In this document: positions 47,428 through 60,022 of the stretch, in pieces | Position numbering within the stretch: position 1 is the first letter of the stretch | Layout: each line of letters begins with the position of its first letter | Source: Eledone cirrhosa | Taxonomy: Eukaryota | Assembly: GCA_964016885.1 (NCBI GenBank) | Contig: CAXHJY010001301.1 | Coordinates: 1-64,000, forward strand | Length of the DNA: 64,000 nt | Reading direction: 5' to 3' | Program-made: the position numbers and the translations under genes | The notes under the pieces: model-generated | Seen by the model: only the letters and a program-made list of their open reading frames with translations | What the model was told of the DNA's origin: nothing | Database searches by the model: none

Positions 47428-48140
47428 TAAGTCTGGAACCCCTATCTTGCTCAGAACATTGACCTCCTGGAAACTGTTCAGAGACGTGCAACCAAGCGCA
47501 TACCCTCCATCAGACACCTACCATACTCTGAACGCCTTGCTTCCCTGGGCATGGATTCATTGAAGCTCCGACGTCTGGCAATGGACTTGGTAAACACCCA
47601 CAAAGTTATTAACCATCTCGCCAACAACAACCCTAAGCACCTTTTTGATCTCCATGTGTCTAACACACGTGGACATGCCTACAAAATCAGAAAACAGCAC
47701 AGCTCCCATGACTTTCGTAGACATTTTTCCCGCTCAGAGTTGCTGAAGCATGGAACAAACTGCCTGCGTCAGTTGTTAGCTGCCGAGACACTGCATCCTT
47801 TAAGACACTCATGCTTCCCGAAATACGCCAAAACTACACCTGATGTACCCCTTCCATACACATGCACACGTGTGTATCATGACTCGTGCACTGTTCATTT
47901 TACTGATGTTTGTGCATTGCCCTATGTACTGTACATGCACTTTTTGATGAGTTGTGGTGCACCTGGGCACTGTACACAATATTTCATGATTATTATTATT
48001 ATTATTATTATATCATGACTCATACACTGTTCATTTTCCTGACATTTGTACATTATTCTATGTACTATACATGCACCTTTGATGAGTTGTAGTGCACCTG
48101 AGCACTGTACACAATAATTTCATTATTATTATTATTATTT
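47428..48140 (+). mobile_element. CR1/L2-group LINE 3' fragment with duplicated 3'UTR and (ATT)n tails
   Basis: VWNPYLAQNIDLLETVQRRATKRIP...YSERLASLG...TRGHAYK...WNKLP; tails at ~47990-48010 and ~48122-48140. Confidence 0.85.
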
Positions 48141-48412
48141 ATTAGTATAGTTGTCTGCACTGTGGTGATTATATTTCCAAATTAAAAATTTCCCACTGCT
48201 TTGTAAGTTAACCAAACCATGTAGTCATCATCATCATCATTGTATTTATGGCTACTTTTCCATGCTGGCATGGGTTGGACTGAATGTTTTGAGACACTGT
48301 TTTACAGCTCAATGCTCTTCTTAACACCAACAATTTTAGCCACCTCTTACAACATGCAGGGACACAGTGTATCTATTCTAAACACTATGTTACTAGATTA
48401 TGTATGGATGTA

Positions 48413-48963
48413 CGAGGGGGTTTCAAAAGGTTTGTGAAAAAAGAACGTCGCTAAAAATCATATGCAGGGATTTTAGTCTCAATGCACTTGTACGTTCTTG
48501 TACTAATGTGTCACGTGCTAACATGAACCCCTAAGTACATGTTGCAATGCGGTGCCGCTACCCGGAAGTCAGCATCCGTTCAAGCAACATGGCTTCCATC
48601 AAAACATCAAATTCATGGTGAAGCTAGGGTGGAAGAGCAGCCAAATCATTGATGTGCTCTGGAGCAAGTTTATAGAGGACAATGCTCCAAAGAAACTAAC
48701 AACCTACAAATAGATAAGTTGTTTTAGAAGTGGAAGAAATGAGGTTGAAGATGATTCCCATTTGAAAATGTAAAAAAAAACTGCTTTGACATAGTTTAAA
48801 TTGCATGGACCTCAGTTTTCCACAGATGGACTTAAAGTCTGGTATCAATGCTTGCAGAAGTGTAATGACCTAGATGGAGCATATGTTGAAAAATAAACAT
48901 CATGGCTTAAACCGTTTTTCCCCCCAAATGTCCTTTTTTCACCAACTTTTTGAAGCCCCCTCA
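48413..48963 (+). mobile_element. Internally deleted mariner, Hsmar2/irritans-like
   Basis: TA TSDs; TIRs cgagggggtttcaaaaggtttgtgaaaa / ttttcaccaactttttgaagcccccctca-like; NIKFMVKLGWK...DNAPKK...VEDD and ...LQKC.DLDGAYVEK*. Confidence 0.88.
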
Positions 48964-49924
48964 TATTTTACTGTTGTTGCTATATGGTTCCAGTGTTGTA
49001 TGTTGGTTAAGTTGAACTGTAAACATATTAAATTTATAAATCAGTAAACAACAACAAAAAAAGATTTTCTCAAAATATTTCGAGTTGTTTACATTGTTCG
49101 TTTACTTCGCCTAAATATTTCAGTTTTTTTTGGTGCTTTGCCATCCAAAATGTACTAATTCCCCCTTCTCTCTCACTCTCTTTTTGTCCCCCTTCTTTCT
49201 CACTATCTGTGCTCCTTCTCTCTATCTCTCTCTGTCCTCTTTTTCTCTCTCTCACCCCTCTCTTTGTCTGTTTCTAACCCTTATTTCAATTTCCTCTCCC
49301 CTCCTCCCACATATCCTCTCTCCTCCTCCCACATATCCTCTCTTGTCTTTCTCCCTTTTCCTCCACGTCTCCCCCCCTCCCCCTCACGTCTCTCTCCTAT
49401 GTCTCTCTCCTATGTCTTTCTCTCCTACGTCTTTCTCCTATGTCTTTCTCTTTCCCCCTCCTCTCTTCTCATACACACTCTTGTTCTCCCTTACCCCCAC
49501 CCACTAACCAAAGAAAGAAGGATAGGCTGTAGATGTTTTTCATTTTTTTTCCTGGGATAAATGAAAATAGTTTTAAAGAGGTCTTGACTATATATTTATT
49601 TATTCTTTCAGTGAAAGTTAAATTATTTCTAGACTGTTTGTGGAGTGAAGTCCTTAAGTAGTTGAGTGAGAGAAAGAAAGGATCTATAGTGTTTGTGAAA
49701 TACCATATGGGTGGTAACAAATAGTTAAAAGTTTTAATGTGTATCATGTGTTTATAGAGAAAAATCTTATGCGGTACAGTGATGGGGGAGAGTCTTGGAA
49801 TACAGCTTAAGAAAACAACATAAAGAAAAAAAGTGTGTTATAGACTTAGCTCTTCTATGATGATATTTCTAATGAAATACACTTTTAATTTATGAAGAAT
49901 TTGGAGGGATTTACTAAAATTTGG

Positions 49925-50116
49925 GTGGTGGATTGGCTGTATCGGTAGATGGTCAGACGCCATGCTTTGCACCAAAGAGTTACGGCCCTTTATGATCTGA
50001 GTTCAAATCCCGCCGATGTTAACTTCGCCTTTCATCCTTACGGGGTCGATAAAATAAAGTACCAGTAATACACTGGGATAATTGCTGGCCTTGTGCCAAA
50101 AGTAGAAACAATTATT
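49925..50116 (+). mobile_element. Meta-like tRNA SINE
   Basis: Same head, B-box and central domain as 30605-30799. Confidence 0.8.
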
Positions 50117-51505
50117 AAACCTTTTCATACCATATTTCTAATAAAATATACTGTCTGCAATTTTCAAATAATTTTGAAAATAATCAAGAATTTCATGAGA
50201 TTTACTAACATAACTAACTTTCTCATTATTGAGCTGTTGTTTTGACCATAACATAATATAAAGGTTCTTAAATAAAATTATGATGGAAGATTTCTAGATA
50301 AATATAAAGTTTTGTGTTATAGAACCAGGAGTGGTTTCTGGTTGTTTGGTATCAAAAGTATGTTGTTCTATGACCATATTTCTTGTGAAATACACTACAA
50401 TTTATGTGGCGAATTGGCAGTCATTAGTACATTGGGTAGAATGCTTGCTGTACTTGTTCTGGCCCTTTGCTATCTCAGTTAAAATCCCATTGAGGTCAAC
50501 TTTGCCTTTCATTTATTCAAGATCAATATATATAAAAACAAAATTACTAATTTAGTACTAGGGTCGATTTTTCCTCTATATCTCTTTTTCACTTTCTTTC
50601 TCTGACTCTCTATCCTTCTCTGGAAGAAATCTGCTGTATTCAGACCTGAAAAGATGTGCTCGGCCAGGTTTAAAAATGCCTTAGAAATGCCATATATATC
50701 AACATGGTGCCCCTACAACTCCTTCAGGTGTTTTGGGTCCATACCATACACTACATTTTAATAAATAAATGAAGAATTTAGAGGGATTTACTAAAAATAT
50801 CTAACTTTTTTGTTAACATTTTCCTAATGAAATATACTGCCTATGATTTTAAAAATATTTGAAAATAAAAAATTTGGAGTGATTTACCAAACTTTCTCAT
50901 TATTTGTGTGCCATTCAAAACAACTTAAAGGTTTTTACATAAAACTATGATGAAAAGTTTTCAGATAAACATAAATGCTTTAAAACAAACAGTTTTGTAT
51001 TGTATAACCAGGGCTGGTCTCTGGTGGTTTGGTATCAAAAGTGTTAAAATTTCAATGTGTATCATGTGATATTAGACAAACAAACATCTTTCAACTACAG
51101 ATGGTATTTGTAATATAACAAAAAGTTATGTGAAATTGTTGGAAGTTTTTCATTTACATAGGAGCCCTTTAAAATTAGTTTTGTTTTATAGAATTGAGGC
51201 AGTTTGGTATAAAAGGGTTAATATGTATCATGTGTTGGACAAAGCTTTTTGAGGAAGGAGAGAGAATTAGTATGTATGGACCCGTAAATTCTGACAGTGT
51301 AGGGGTGCTGCATTGTCATATGGTGTATCTAGGGCATTTTAAAACCTGGTGGAGCACATCTCTCCAGGTCTGAATACAGCAGATTTCTTCCATTACACCA
51401 TACCATGGTTTTGCTAATTGGAATGACACGATCATAGCCCCAGCTACCAATTAGGAAATACCCTATATCACAAGTATGTATGTGTGTATGTACACACATG
51501 CACAC

Positions 51506-51578
51506 ATTTAAAATGAAGAGAACCAAGATTTTCAAGTATGGATTTAATTTGAAAACCATGGTTCTCTTCATTTTAAAT
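51506..51578. other. 73-nt hairpin with a 20-bp perfect stem plus an inner 7-bp stem
   Basis: atttaaaatgaagagaacca / tggttctcttcattttaaat; ttttcaa / ttgaaaa. Confidence 0.75.
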
Positions 51579-53525
51579 ATTTGTGTTGCTAACCTCACTG
51601 CCCTCAACACCTAAAACTTTAACCATCGATTGTTTTGAATTCCTTATATGCTGAATATACTCAGCAGTTTGAAAAAAAAAAAAAAAAAAGACTGAAAAAT
51701 AAGTCCTGTGGTCAATATGACTGACTACATCAGTTGGTGCCCCAGGATGGCTACAATCTGACTGAAACCAGTAAAACTGTTTAAAAAAAAAAAAAAAGGA
51801 TTTTGTGTTGAAATATTTATTTATTAAGCAAGAAAAATCAAGCCAACTTGATATTTGAAACTCTAAATATTTGAATAAAAGATAGGAAAAGGCTAATGAA
51901 GTGAAATTGAAAAAAGTCTTTTTCATTGACTAATTCAATTCTGTAATTAGCTATCATTTGATATTCTCTATTCTCTGTCAATTCTTCTGAAAAGCTCTTT
52001 TCCTGTGTTCTAGGAAATAACCATATTCTTCTATTGTAGTTCAACATATTACTGCTGCCATAGCTACTGTTGCTAGTCAAAGAGGGGGGGGGGGGGGTTG
52101 TCATCACATTGTCACATGATCATTGTTTCTATATCCTTATTTCTGCAAAATAAGTTCTTAGGGATTATATTTGATTTATAGCAAATAATAAATATTGATG
52201 TTGGATCACATTCTGTTAGTTTGTTGAAACGTTGACCCCCCTCCACTCTTTGCTCTGTTTGTATGATGTTCCTAACTCTGGTGGTCTATACAAAAATCAC
52301 TGGAAAACAAAATGATTTATGACAATTAAGCTTGAAAATAATGATCTGTGTGAACCTGACAAAAATCATGTCAATGCCTTCCCTCTCAAAATATTTAGGC
52401 TAAAGAAACAATGTAAAATGATCAGTGATTCCTGCAGGAAGTGATGTAAATAACTGTAGTAAATAGAAGTGTGTGGTAGAATGAATGGGAGTGAGGAGTT
52501 AGTGAAACATTTTTGAGGCCAAATACCAGGCTAGTAGGTTTGAAGTATTAAATACTGCGACATACACCTGAGGTACCTCTAGCTGAGCTTACTGGATGGA
52601 GGGGGGGGGGGGGGGGGGTTAGTCAAATGTTGAGGCCAGTAGGAGTTCTGACATAAACCTGAGGTACCCCAGAGTTTACTGAGCAGGGGAGGAAATAGTC
52701 AAACATTGTTGAGACCACTGCCAGCTTTTTGGGGGAAAATATAACTTAGACTCTGGTCACGTGTATTGAGTGCTCAGTTAATGCTTGATTGTTCTATTTA
52801 CATGTATGTATCAACTATATGACAACCTTCCTAGTATTGGTGTCTTGATAAAAGGCACTCAGTAGGTCATGGGACTGCTTGGGAGATGCAGGTTCCCAGC
52901 ACATCTGAGAGGTCTGTAGCACCACTGTGAAGACCCATCCAACTCTTGCTACTAGGGAAAACAGACATTAAATGATGTTGATGATGATAGCATCTTCATT
53001 TTACTGCTTGCATTGGTTGGAGAGGTCTTCTCCAACACAACATCCATCTATTTGTTCTTTTGTCTTCTCTATTGTGTGTTTTGTCGAATTGAGATCAACT
53101 CTTAGCCCTTCTGCCCAGGTCTTTCTTTACTGCCACTACCTTCCACTGATACTAGCATAGTACCTGTCAAAAATGATGGGGGCTTATAGTAAAAAAAACA
53201 TTTAATTTAATTTCTTGGTTACTACATTCTATTTAAAGATGCTTGAATTCTCCAGTTTCCCCCCTTGACACTCTGGCTATCACTATATTTTATTTTACAT
53301 TTATTTAAATCATTTACTATAATTCTCTTCCATACTTTCTGTAATCATTATTAAACATATATTTACTAAATTATGATTTGGTTCTACCTACATGTCTGAC
53401 TTTAGACTGCTATAGAGATTTATGCTTTGTTATCATTCTTGTCCGAAGATAGATACATTAGGAAATATACTTAGATACTACAGATGGATGTTGTTATATT
53501 TATTATCCAAACTTCCCTATATACC

Positions 53526-53566
<41 letters not shown>

Positions 53567-53638
53567 GCTGTAAAGTGGTTGGTGTTAGGAAGGGTATCTA
53601 TATATATATATATATGACTATATCATCAGTTTAATGTC

Positions 53639-53674
<36 letters not shown>

Positions 53675-54658
53675 CCCCACCATGCTAGCATGGGTTAAAC
53701 AAATTAGATCAGGTGATTGTGTCTTGATCATACAGAACTGTTTTTGATGTCTATATGTATGTTGATATAAATATATATTGACAGCAAAAACAAACTACTA
53801 ATGTTTACTTTTTATGCTGGCATTCTCCACTGTTCATACTTGCTCACATACAAATCCCTGTTGCTCAAAGTGGTTGTCATATGACAGTAGTATTTTATTA
53901 TTAAGATACACATACTCACTGACAGTGTCCTGAATCAGCAGTGACTATTAGTGGAGTTATTTTTGTGAAAACATTTCTTGGATAAAGAAAGGTAGATATT
54001 CTGTTTAAGCTTTCTGATTTTTTTTATTTAAAACTTGTGTGTAAGAATCATGTTATTTATTTTGGATTGTAGTTGCTTGGCAATCACTTAATCTGACACT
54101 GTATGTTGAAACTGAAATATTTACATTGTGGAAGAGTGCATTTTAGCAATTTAAGAACCCACGCAAAATTGTCTTATTTTTTCTTCTATATATTTGAATT
54201 TCTCTTGTAGAATTGATTTGTAATATGGCAAACTGCCCGAAACCACTCCTGGTTCTATGACCCCAGACTGTTTGTTTTAAAGTGTTTACATTTATCTGAC
54301 TCTTTTATCATAATTTTATGTAAGAACCTTTTAGTTATGTTCCAAACACCAGCTTAATAATGAGAAATTTAGTTATAATTAATACTTACTAAATCCCTCT
54401 AAATTCTTGATTATTTTCAAACTATGATTTGAAAACTAGAAGTAGTAATTTTAATTGGAAATATGGTAATGATTGGGTTAAGAACCTATGCAAAAGTTTG
54501 TTTTCTATATATTTGAATTCCTCTTTCTAGAAGAATTAATAATGCAGTGATGTAAATGGTCAGAGATTTTATTGCTTAAAATGCTTTCTTAGAAAAAACA
54601 AAATCATAAGATTGATAATTACTTGAGGAATTTCTTAGAAATATTGAAGTTTGCTTAA

Positions 54659-54889
54659 CCTTTTTAATACCAAACTGTTTGGAGCTGCTCTTCATTCTAC
54701 AACACAAAACTGTTTGTTTTAAAGTATTTATATTTATCTAAAAGTCTTTCATCATAATTTTATGTTAAAAAACATTAAGTAATGCTTCAAACACCAGATT
54801 AAAAATGGGAAGATTATATTAAATCTTTCCAAAATCTGAAATTATTTTAAAAACCATAGTGTCTCATTAGAAATATCACAATGAAAGGG
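54659..54889 (+). mobile_element. Uninterrupted TTAA-flanked MITE copy (~230 bp)
   Basis: ttaa|cctttttaatacc ... caatgaaaggg|ttaa; sister copy at ~54225-54482. Confidence 0.65.
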
Positions 54890-55757
54890 TTAAACAAAAT
54901 GTGGTTTATCTTTTGAAAATTTTACTTGGATTATAAGATAAATATATTTGTCTTAAACTGACATAGAGGTCAACAACTTGTGATTTATTTTCTTTTGTTA
55001 GTTTTACTTGGATTATGGGATAAATATATTTGTTGTCTGTAGATTTTACTTGGATTAGAAGATAAATGATATTTTTCTCTTATGTATCTAATATAAAATA
55101 GTTCTGCATATCCTTGTATGTTGTAAGAGGTGACTTAAAACATTGGTGTCAGGAAGGGCATTCGGCTGTAGACCATGGCTAAAAAAAAACCCATACTCCA
55201 TGGTTGGTATGAAGCATGTTATGGGGCCTGCCCAGCTAACCCCTGTTTTAAAACACTTGTTATAAGATAAATTTATTTAAAAGTGAGCCACAGTTACACA
55301 ATACTATGTTTATATAATTAGTTCAACCTACTTATGGGACTTGTATAAATTACCATCTGTTTTAATTCTGTTTTAATTATATGACATATATAATTAGAAT
55401 CATTGGGTTATTTTCTCTAAGGTTAGTTAATTAATTAGCTAGTTATGAAGCAATGATGCTAATTGCTTTAATTCTAACATTTAGAATCTATTTAATTTAG
55501 AATTTGAACAGTTTCAGACTTTATCGAATTTTGAAATTATTCAGTAGTAACTGAATTTAGAGAAATGCAGCACCGTTTTTTTTTTTAGGTCATTTCTCCT
55601 GCATGTTGTATTATAAGGACTAAAAGGGTTGGTGTCAGGAAGGGCATTCAGTTGTAAAACAGGGCCTCAGAAAGAACTCCATGTTGAATATGTAACTTGC
55701 CATAAGGCCTGTAAAGCTAACCCATAGCCTTAAAATGCTTGTTGCTTTCTGTTTGCA

Positions 55758-55980
55758 ATGAAGGCATGTGGCTTAGTGGTTAGAGTGTTGGGCTCACGAT
55801 CATATTATCAAGGGTTTAATTCCTGGTCTGGACGCTGTTGTGTTCTTTAGCAAGGTGCTTCATTTCACATTGCTTTTCATGATAGGACTGGAGGACCCTA
55901 TCATTAAAGCACCCGAGAGCTCTCTTATGAGATACCTCGTAGGAATCCAGCTAAACCTGCGTATGTGTGGGCTGTAAATG
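55758..55980 (+). mobile_element. tRNA-derived SINE with a gatagg...cctatca hairpin body
   Basis: tgaaggcatgtggcttagtggttagag head; relatives at ~29.3, 39.6 and 57.3 kb. Confidence 0.65.
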
Positions 55981-58142
55981 TTTCATTTTTCAATACTAAA
56001 CTGGTTGGAACACAACAAAAGAGCTTACATTAAATTTTCATAGGATGTTTTTAGTTAAATATAAACATTTAAAAATAAACAGCTTAGTATTGTAAAAGCA
56101 GGGTTGGGTTCTATTTTCACTGCTGTATAATAATGGTTTTCGATTTAGGCACAAGGCCAACAATTTTTGAGAAGGAGAAAGTCGATTAAATGGCAGATCA
56201 TATAGGGTTGTTACTTTGTTGTATAATATTACTGACTGAATATGAATGTGATACTACATAGATTTTGTGCTTTAAGAATCCCTTTATTAAACAAAGATTA
56301 AAAGGCAAAATTCTTTAAACTTGTATTCAGTGCAAACCATATTAAATATATCATTGGCTACATTCCTAGTTTTCATTCAGTTGGCATGGTAACACAATAT
56401 TCATTGAGCTAGTGTTCTTTCACCGGTTTCATTCGTTGGACTGGTCATACTGGGGCACCACACTCTTTCACTGGTTTCAGTCATTAGACAGTGGCTATGC
56501 TGGGGCACCATCACAAAGGGATTTTAGTCTTGTATTCTTTTACTGGATTTAGTCATTAGACTGTGTCCTTGTGAAGAAGTTTAGTCTTTTATTCTTTTAC
56601 CAGTTTCAGACTACAGCCATGCTGGGGCACCATCATGAAGGGATTTAGTCAATCATATCAACTCTCAGTACCTTTTTTTTCATGTCTGGTACTTGTTTTT
56701 ATGATCTCTTAAGTCAGACTGCTAAGTTACAGGGCATCAACAAACAGTAAATGCAGACACAAACACATACAACATCATCATTTAATGTCCATATTCCTTG
56801 CTAACTAGGGTTGGACGTGTCTTCAAACCAAATCAGTACTGAAGTGTAGCTATTGACCTCTCAAATGGGTTGGAAACCTACATCTCACTTACATATATTC
56901 CTGCTTTCTATTAAGGAGGTTGTCATCTCTTTGCCATACCTGAAAAGTCCTTCCAATGCTTTGTTTGGCAAGTTTTCTATGGCTGGATGCCCTTCCTATC
57001 ACCAACACATTTTATAATTTGTGTGTGTATGTGTGTAAACCTAATACACAATGTACACATGCATACATGGTGGCCTTCTTCCCAGTTCCTGTCTACAAAA
57101 TTCCATTCATAAGGCATTGGTCAAGATAAGGCTATAGTAGACACTTCTGTTTTTATTTTATTTTATTTATTTTTTCCTGTAAAAAAAATATCCTTTGATT
57201 TGCAAATTTGAATGGGAAGGAAGCTCACATGTCTTTTTGATTCATAATTATGCAGTGATGGTGGGGTGAATTTTACTTAAAGTTATAGAATTGTATGTGA
57301 AGGTATGTAGCCTAATGGTTAGGATATTGGATTCAGGATCATAAGGTTGTCAGTTTGATTTCCAGACTGTGTAGTGTTCTTGAACAAGGTGCTTCATTTC
57401 ACTTTGCTTTTCATGACAGGAGTGGGACCCTTATCACTGGAGAAATCTCTAAATAAGATACAACCTCATACAAGGCCTGCATTTATTTAATGCATCAGAG
57501 AAACCCTATAGTTCATATTGATTACTGACATGTGGAAGTGACTAAAGATAAGAATATTTTTATTATTTATTTCTAGGATATAACTGCATAATTATTCAAT
57601 ATGTGTTCAAATGATATACAAGATGAAATGTATGAGTGGTTGTGGAAAAATTATTTATGGGGACAAATGTAGGGTGGGAACCCAGCCACTTGTGATTGGA
57701 AATGGAAGTTCTTATTCTAGCAACATGGCTGAGATAGGAAATGCCTTATGTGCATGAATGTTAATGATTTACCAACAAGATATATATACAAATACATATG
57801 GTCTATTATAGTTGATTTAATTTTTTTTTTGTGTGTTTGCTATTTTTTTTTTTTAGATACTTTAGTAATTATTTCTTGGCATACATGGAAATGGGAGAAT
57901 GTGTTTACTTAAATTTACTATATACATATATATATATATGCGCGCACACACACACACACAATTTTTTTTAGGAATCCACAACTCTGATGAGCTGTTGATT
58001 CCAGAGTCAGGCCTGATCAATACTGATCATACTTTGAGCTATAATGTGCGTTATACATGAATAAACATAATTGTTTCTACTTTAGGCACAAGCAATTACC
58101 CAGCAATTACATAATGATGCTATATTGATACCCTCGTTCCTA

Positions 58143-58329
58143 GGGTGAATTGGCAGTATAGGTAGAGGGTTGGACGCCATGCTTTCTAGCATAATTACGT
58201 CCCTTTACAGTCTGAGTTCAAATCCCGCCGAGGTTAACTTTGCCTTTCATCCTTACAGGATCGATAAAATAAAGTACCAATAGTGTACTGGGTAATTGCT
58301 GGCCTTGTGCCAAATGTAGAAACAATTAC
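58143..58329 (+). mobile_element. Meta-like tRNA SINE
   Basis: ggtgaattggcagtataggtagag...gagttcaaatcccgccgaggttaactttgcctttcatcc. Confidence 0.8.
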
Positions 58330-58575
58330 ATATATATATATATATATATACAAATTTTAGTACAGCATTAACGAAGCTTTAGGCTGCGGCTAAGCTAACG
58401 AATGCAAATTCGGAATGTAGGTTTAGCACTCGATGGAGAATAATACCCCAGAGTAATAACAATATGTTTAGACGGCTTTGTAAATCAAATATAGCGATCG
58501 GCAGTCCAGCCGCATTGCCATAGCAACAAAAAAGATTGGACTCGGGGAAAAGATTTTTATATATATATATATATA

Positions 58576-59430
58576 CTAGCATTAAAGCCCGGCGTTGCTC
58601 GGGGTCATTAAGTTACCAAAGCTAGGTTGCACCACCCATTTTATGGCAGCACTTTTTTGTCTGCCAGGCACTGGGTGAATGAATTGCAGACCTGGAAGCA
58701 GGAGCTGCGCCAGCAGTGACAATTGTAGTTTCGCCTATGGATATTATCTCTGTGCAAAAAAGTGTTGAAATTTATTGTTTCACAGTACTTGCGCAACACG
58801 CGCGTAGACGATGCCAGCCGAACAACAGAGCTGTGGTGGAGTTGTTCTGCATGGTTGTCTGTGTGTTTTCTAAATTTAAGACAGTAGGGAGTGGTGTGAT
58901 ATGGGGGAGAGTTAGCTGCTGTTTCTAGCAGGTTTAGTGACCTCATAGAAGATATGTTTTCTAAATTTAAGACAGTAGGGAGGGGTGTGATATGGGGGAG
59001 AGTTAGCTGCTGTTTCTAGCAGGTTTAGTAACCTCATAGAGGATATGTGTTTTCTAAATTTAAGACAGTAGGGAGTGGTGTGATATGGGGGAGAGTTAGC
59101 TGCTGTAGGAAAGCAGATGATATGAGAGAGTAAAACGGACAGTATCACCATCAAGCTTGGAAAGAGAAAATAGCAGAAAGTATGAAGTTGTATAGATTTT
59201 GAATGGTAGTGGAAAGAGTTTAGCAGTTTAAATGACAGAGAAAAATCGTAAAATATTGAGTTTTATCTATTTTTTGCGTAATTGTGGGTGAAATTGAAAA
59301 AATTATCTGTGCCAAGGCGCAATCGAAGCTATTTCGAATACTGAATTGTAAATTTCAATTGAAGAAATTCTATATCGTAGATTTCTATAAAAAAGGAGCA
59401 TGACCACACACTGAGCTTTATAGATTATGA
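58576..59430 (-). mobile_element. Non-autonomous Helitron with ~2.6 internal copies of a ~92-bp repeat
   Basis: Minus strand: A|TC start, 3' hairpin cccgagcaacgccggg, then CTAG|T; sits in (TA)n with no TSD; repeats at ~58862-59105. Confidence 0.8.
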
Positions 59431-59742
59431 TATATATATAATATATATAATCACTAGGAACAGCAAGTTGACCAATATATGACTGTGGACAGAGCTGACT
59501 AAAATATTTGTGGCTGAAGCTGATAACAAATATTTTCTTGATTTATTTTGGAAATGTTTTATCAATTAAATGTTGTTTTTGTAATCTGACTTCAATAGTA
59601 ACAGGCGTTTTATTTATTTATTCTCATACACACTATATATATATATATTTTGAGTATATGTTGGTTGTATACCAATACCTCAGTATGCAGATTGGAGCAC
59701 TCGACGAAGTGCGCAGGTTGGTTTGGTTACTCCGGAGTAATG

Positions 59743-60014
59743 TAAAATAAATAAGTCAAATGTTTAAAATTTGGCTTCATTTATTACTGCTATATATATT
59801 TCGGTGACAGCCATCTTTGGCTGTGACCTCTTAAGGCAGTCCGAGTTAGTGTGGTAGAGACGAGTACACATGTTGTTGAGGTGTTTAACTTTGTCAATAC
59901 TCTGATATGCCCAGTTCCTGGTTGGGTTGTTATTTCACTGAGATGGCTGTCACCGAAATATATATAGCAGTAATAAACGAAGCCAAATTTTAAACATTTG
60001 ATTTATTTATTTTA
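59743..60014. mobile_element. Foldback 3: 74-bp inverted arms (59743-59816, 59941-60014); Penelope-like pLTR end
   Basis: Arms are reverse complements with 2 visible mismatches; complete hammerhead fold on minus. Confidence 0.75.
59786..59840 (-). ncRNA. Type I hammerhead fold with a G5->U core substitution
   Basis: ACTGC-CTTAAGA-ggtcacagcca(aaga)tggctgtcacc-GAAA-tatata-ta-GCAGT-aataaa. Confidence 0.7.
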
Positions 60015-60022
60015 TATATATA

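Noticed and set aside
51594-51610. Possible 17-nt minus-strand microexon (ttttag|...|gttagc)
   Set aside because: Such short splice-like matches arise by chance; cannot be supported without RNA data
57985-58030. CTGATGA as another hammerhead core
   Set aside because: No suitably placed GAAA or stem I
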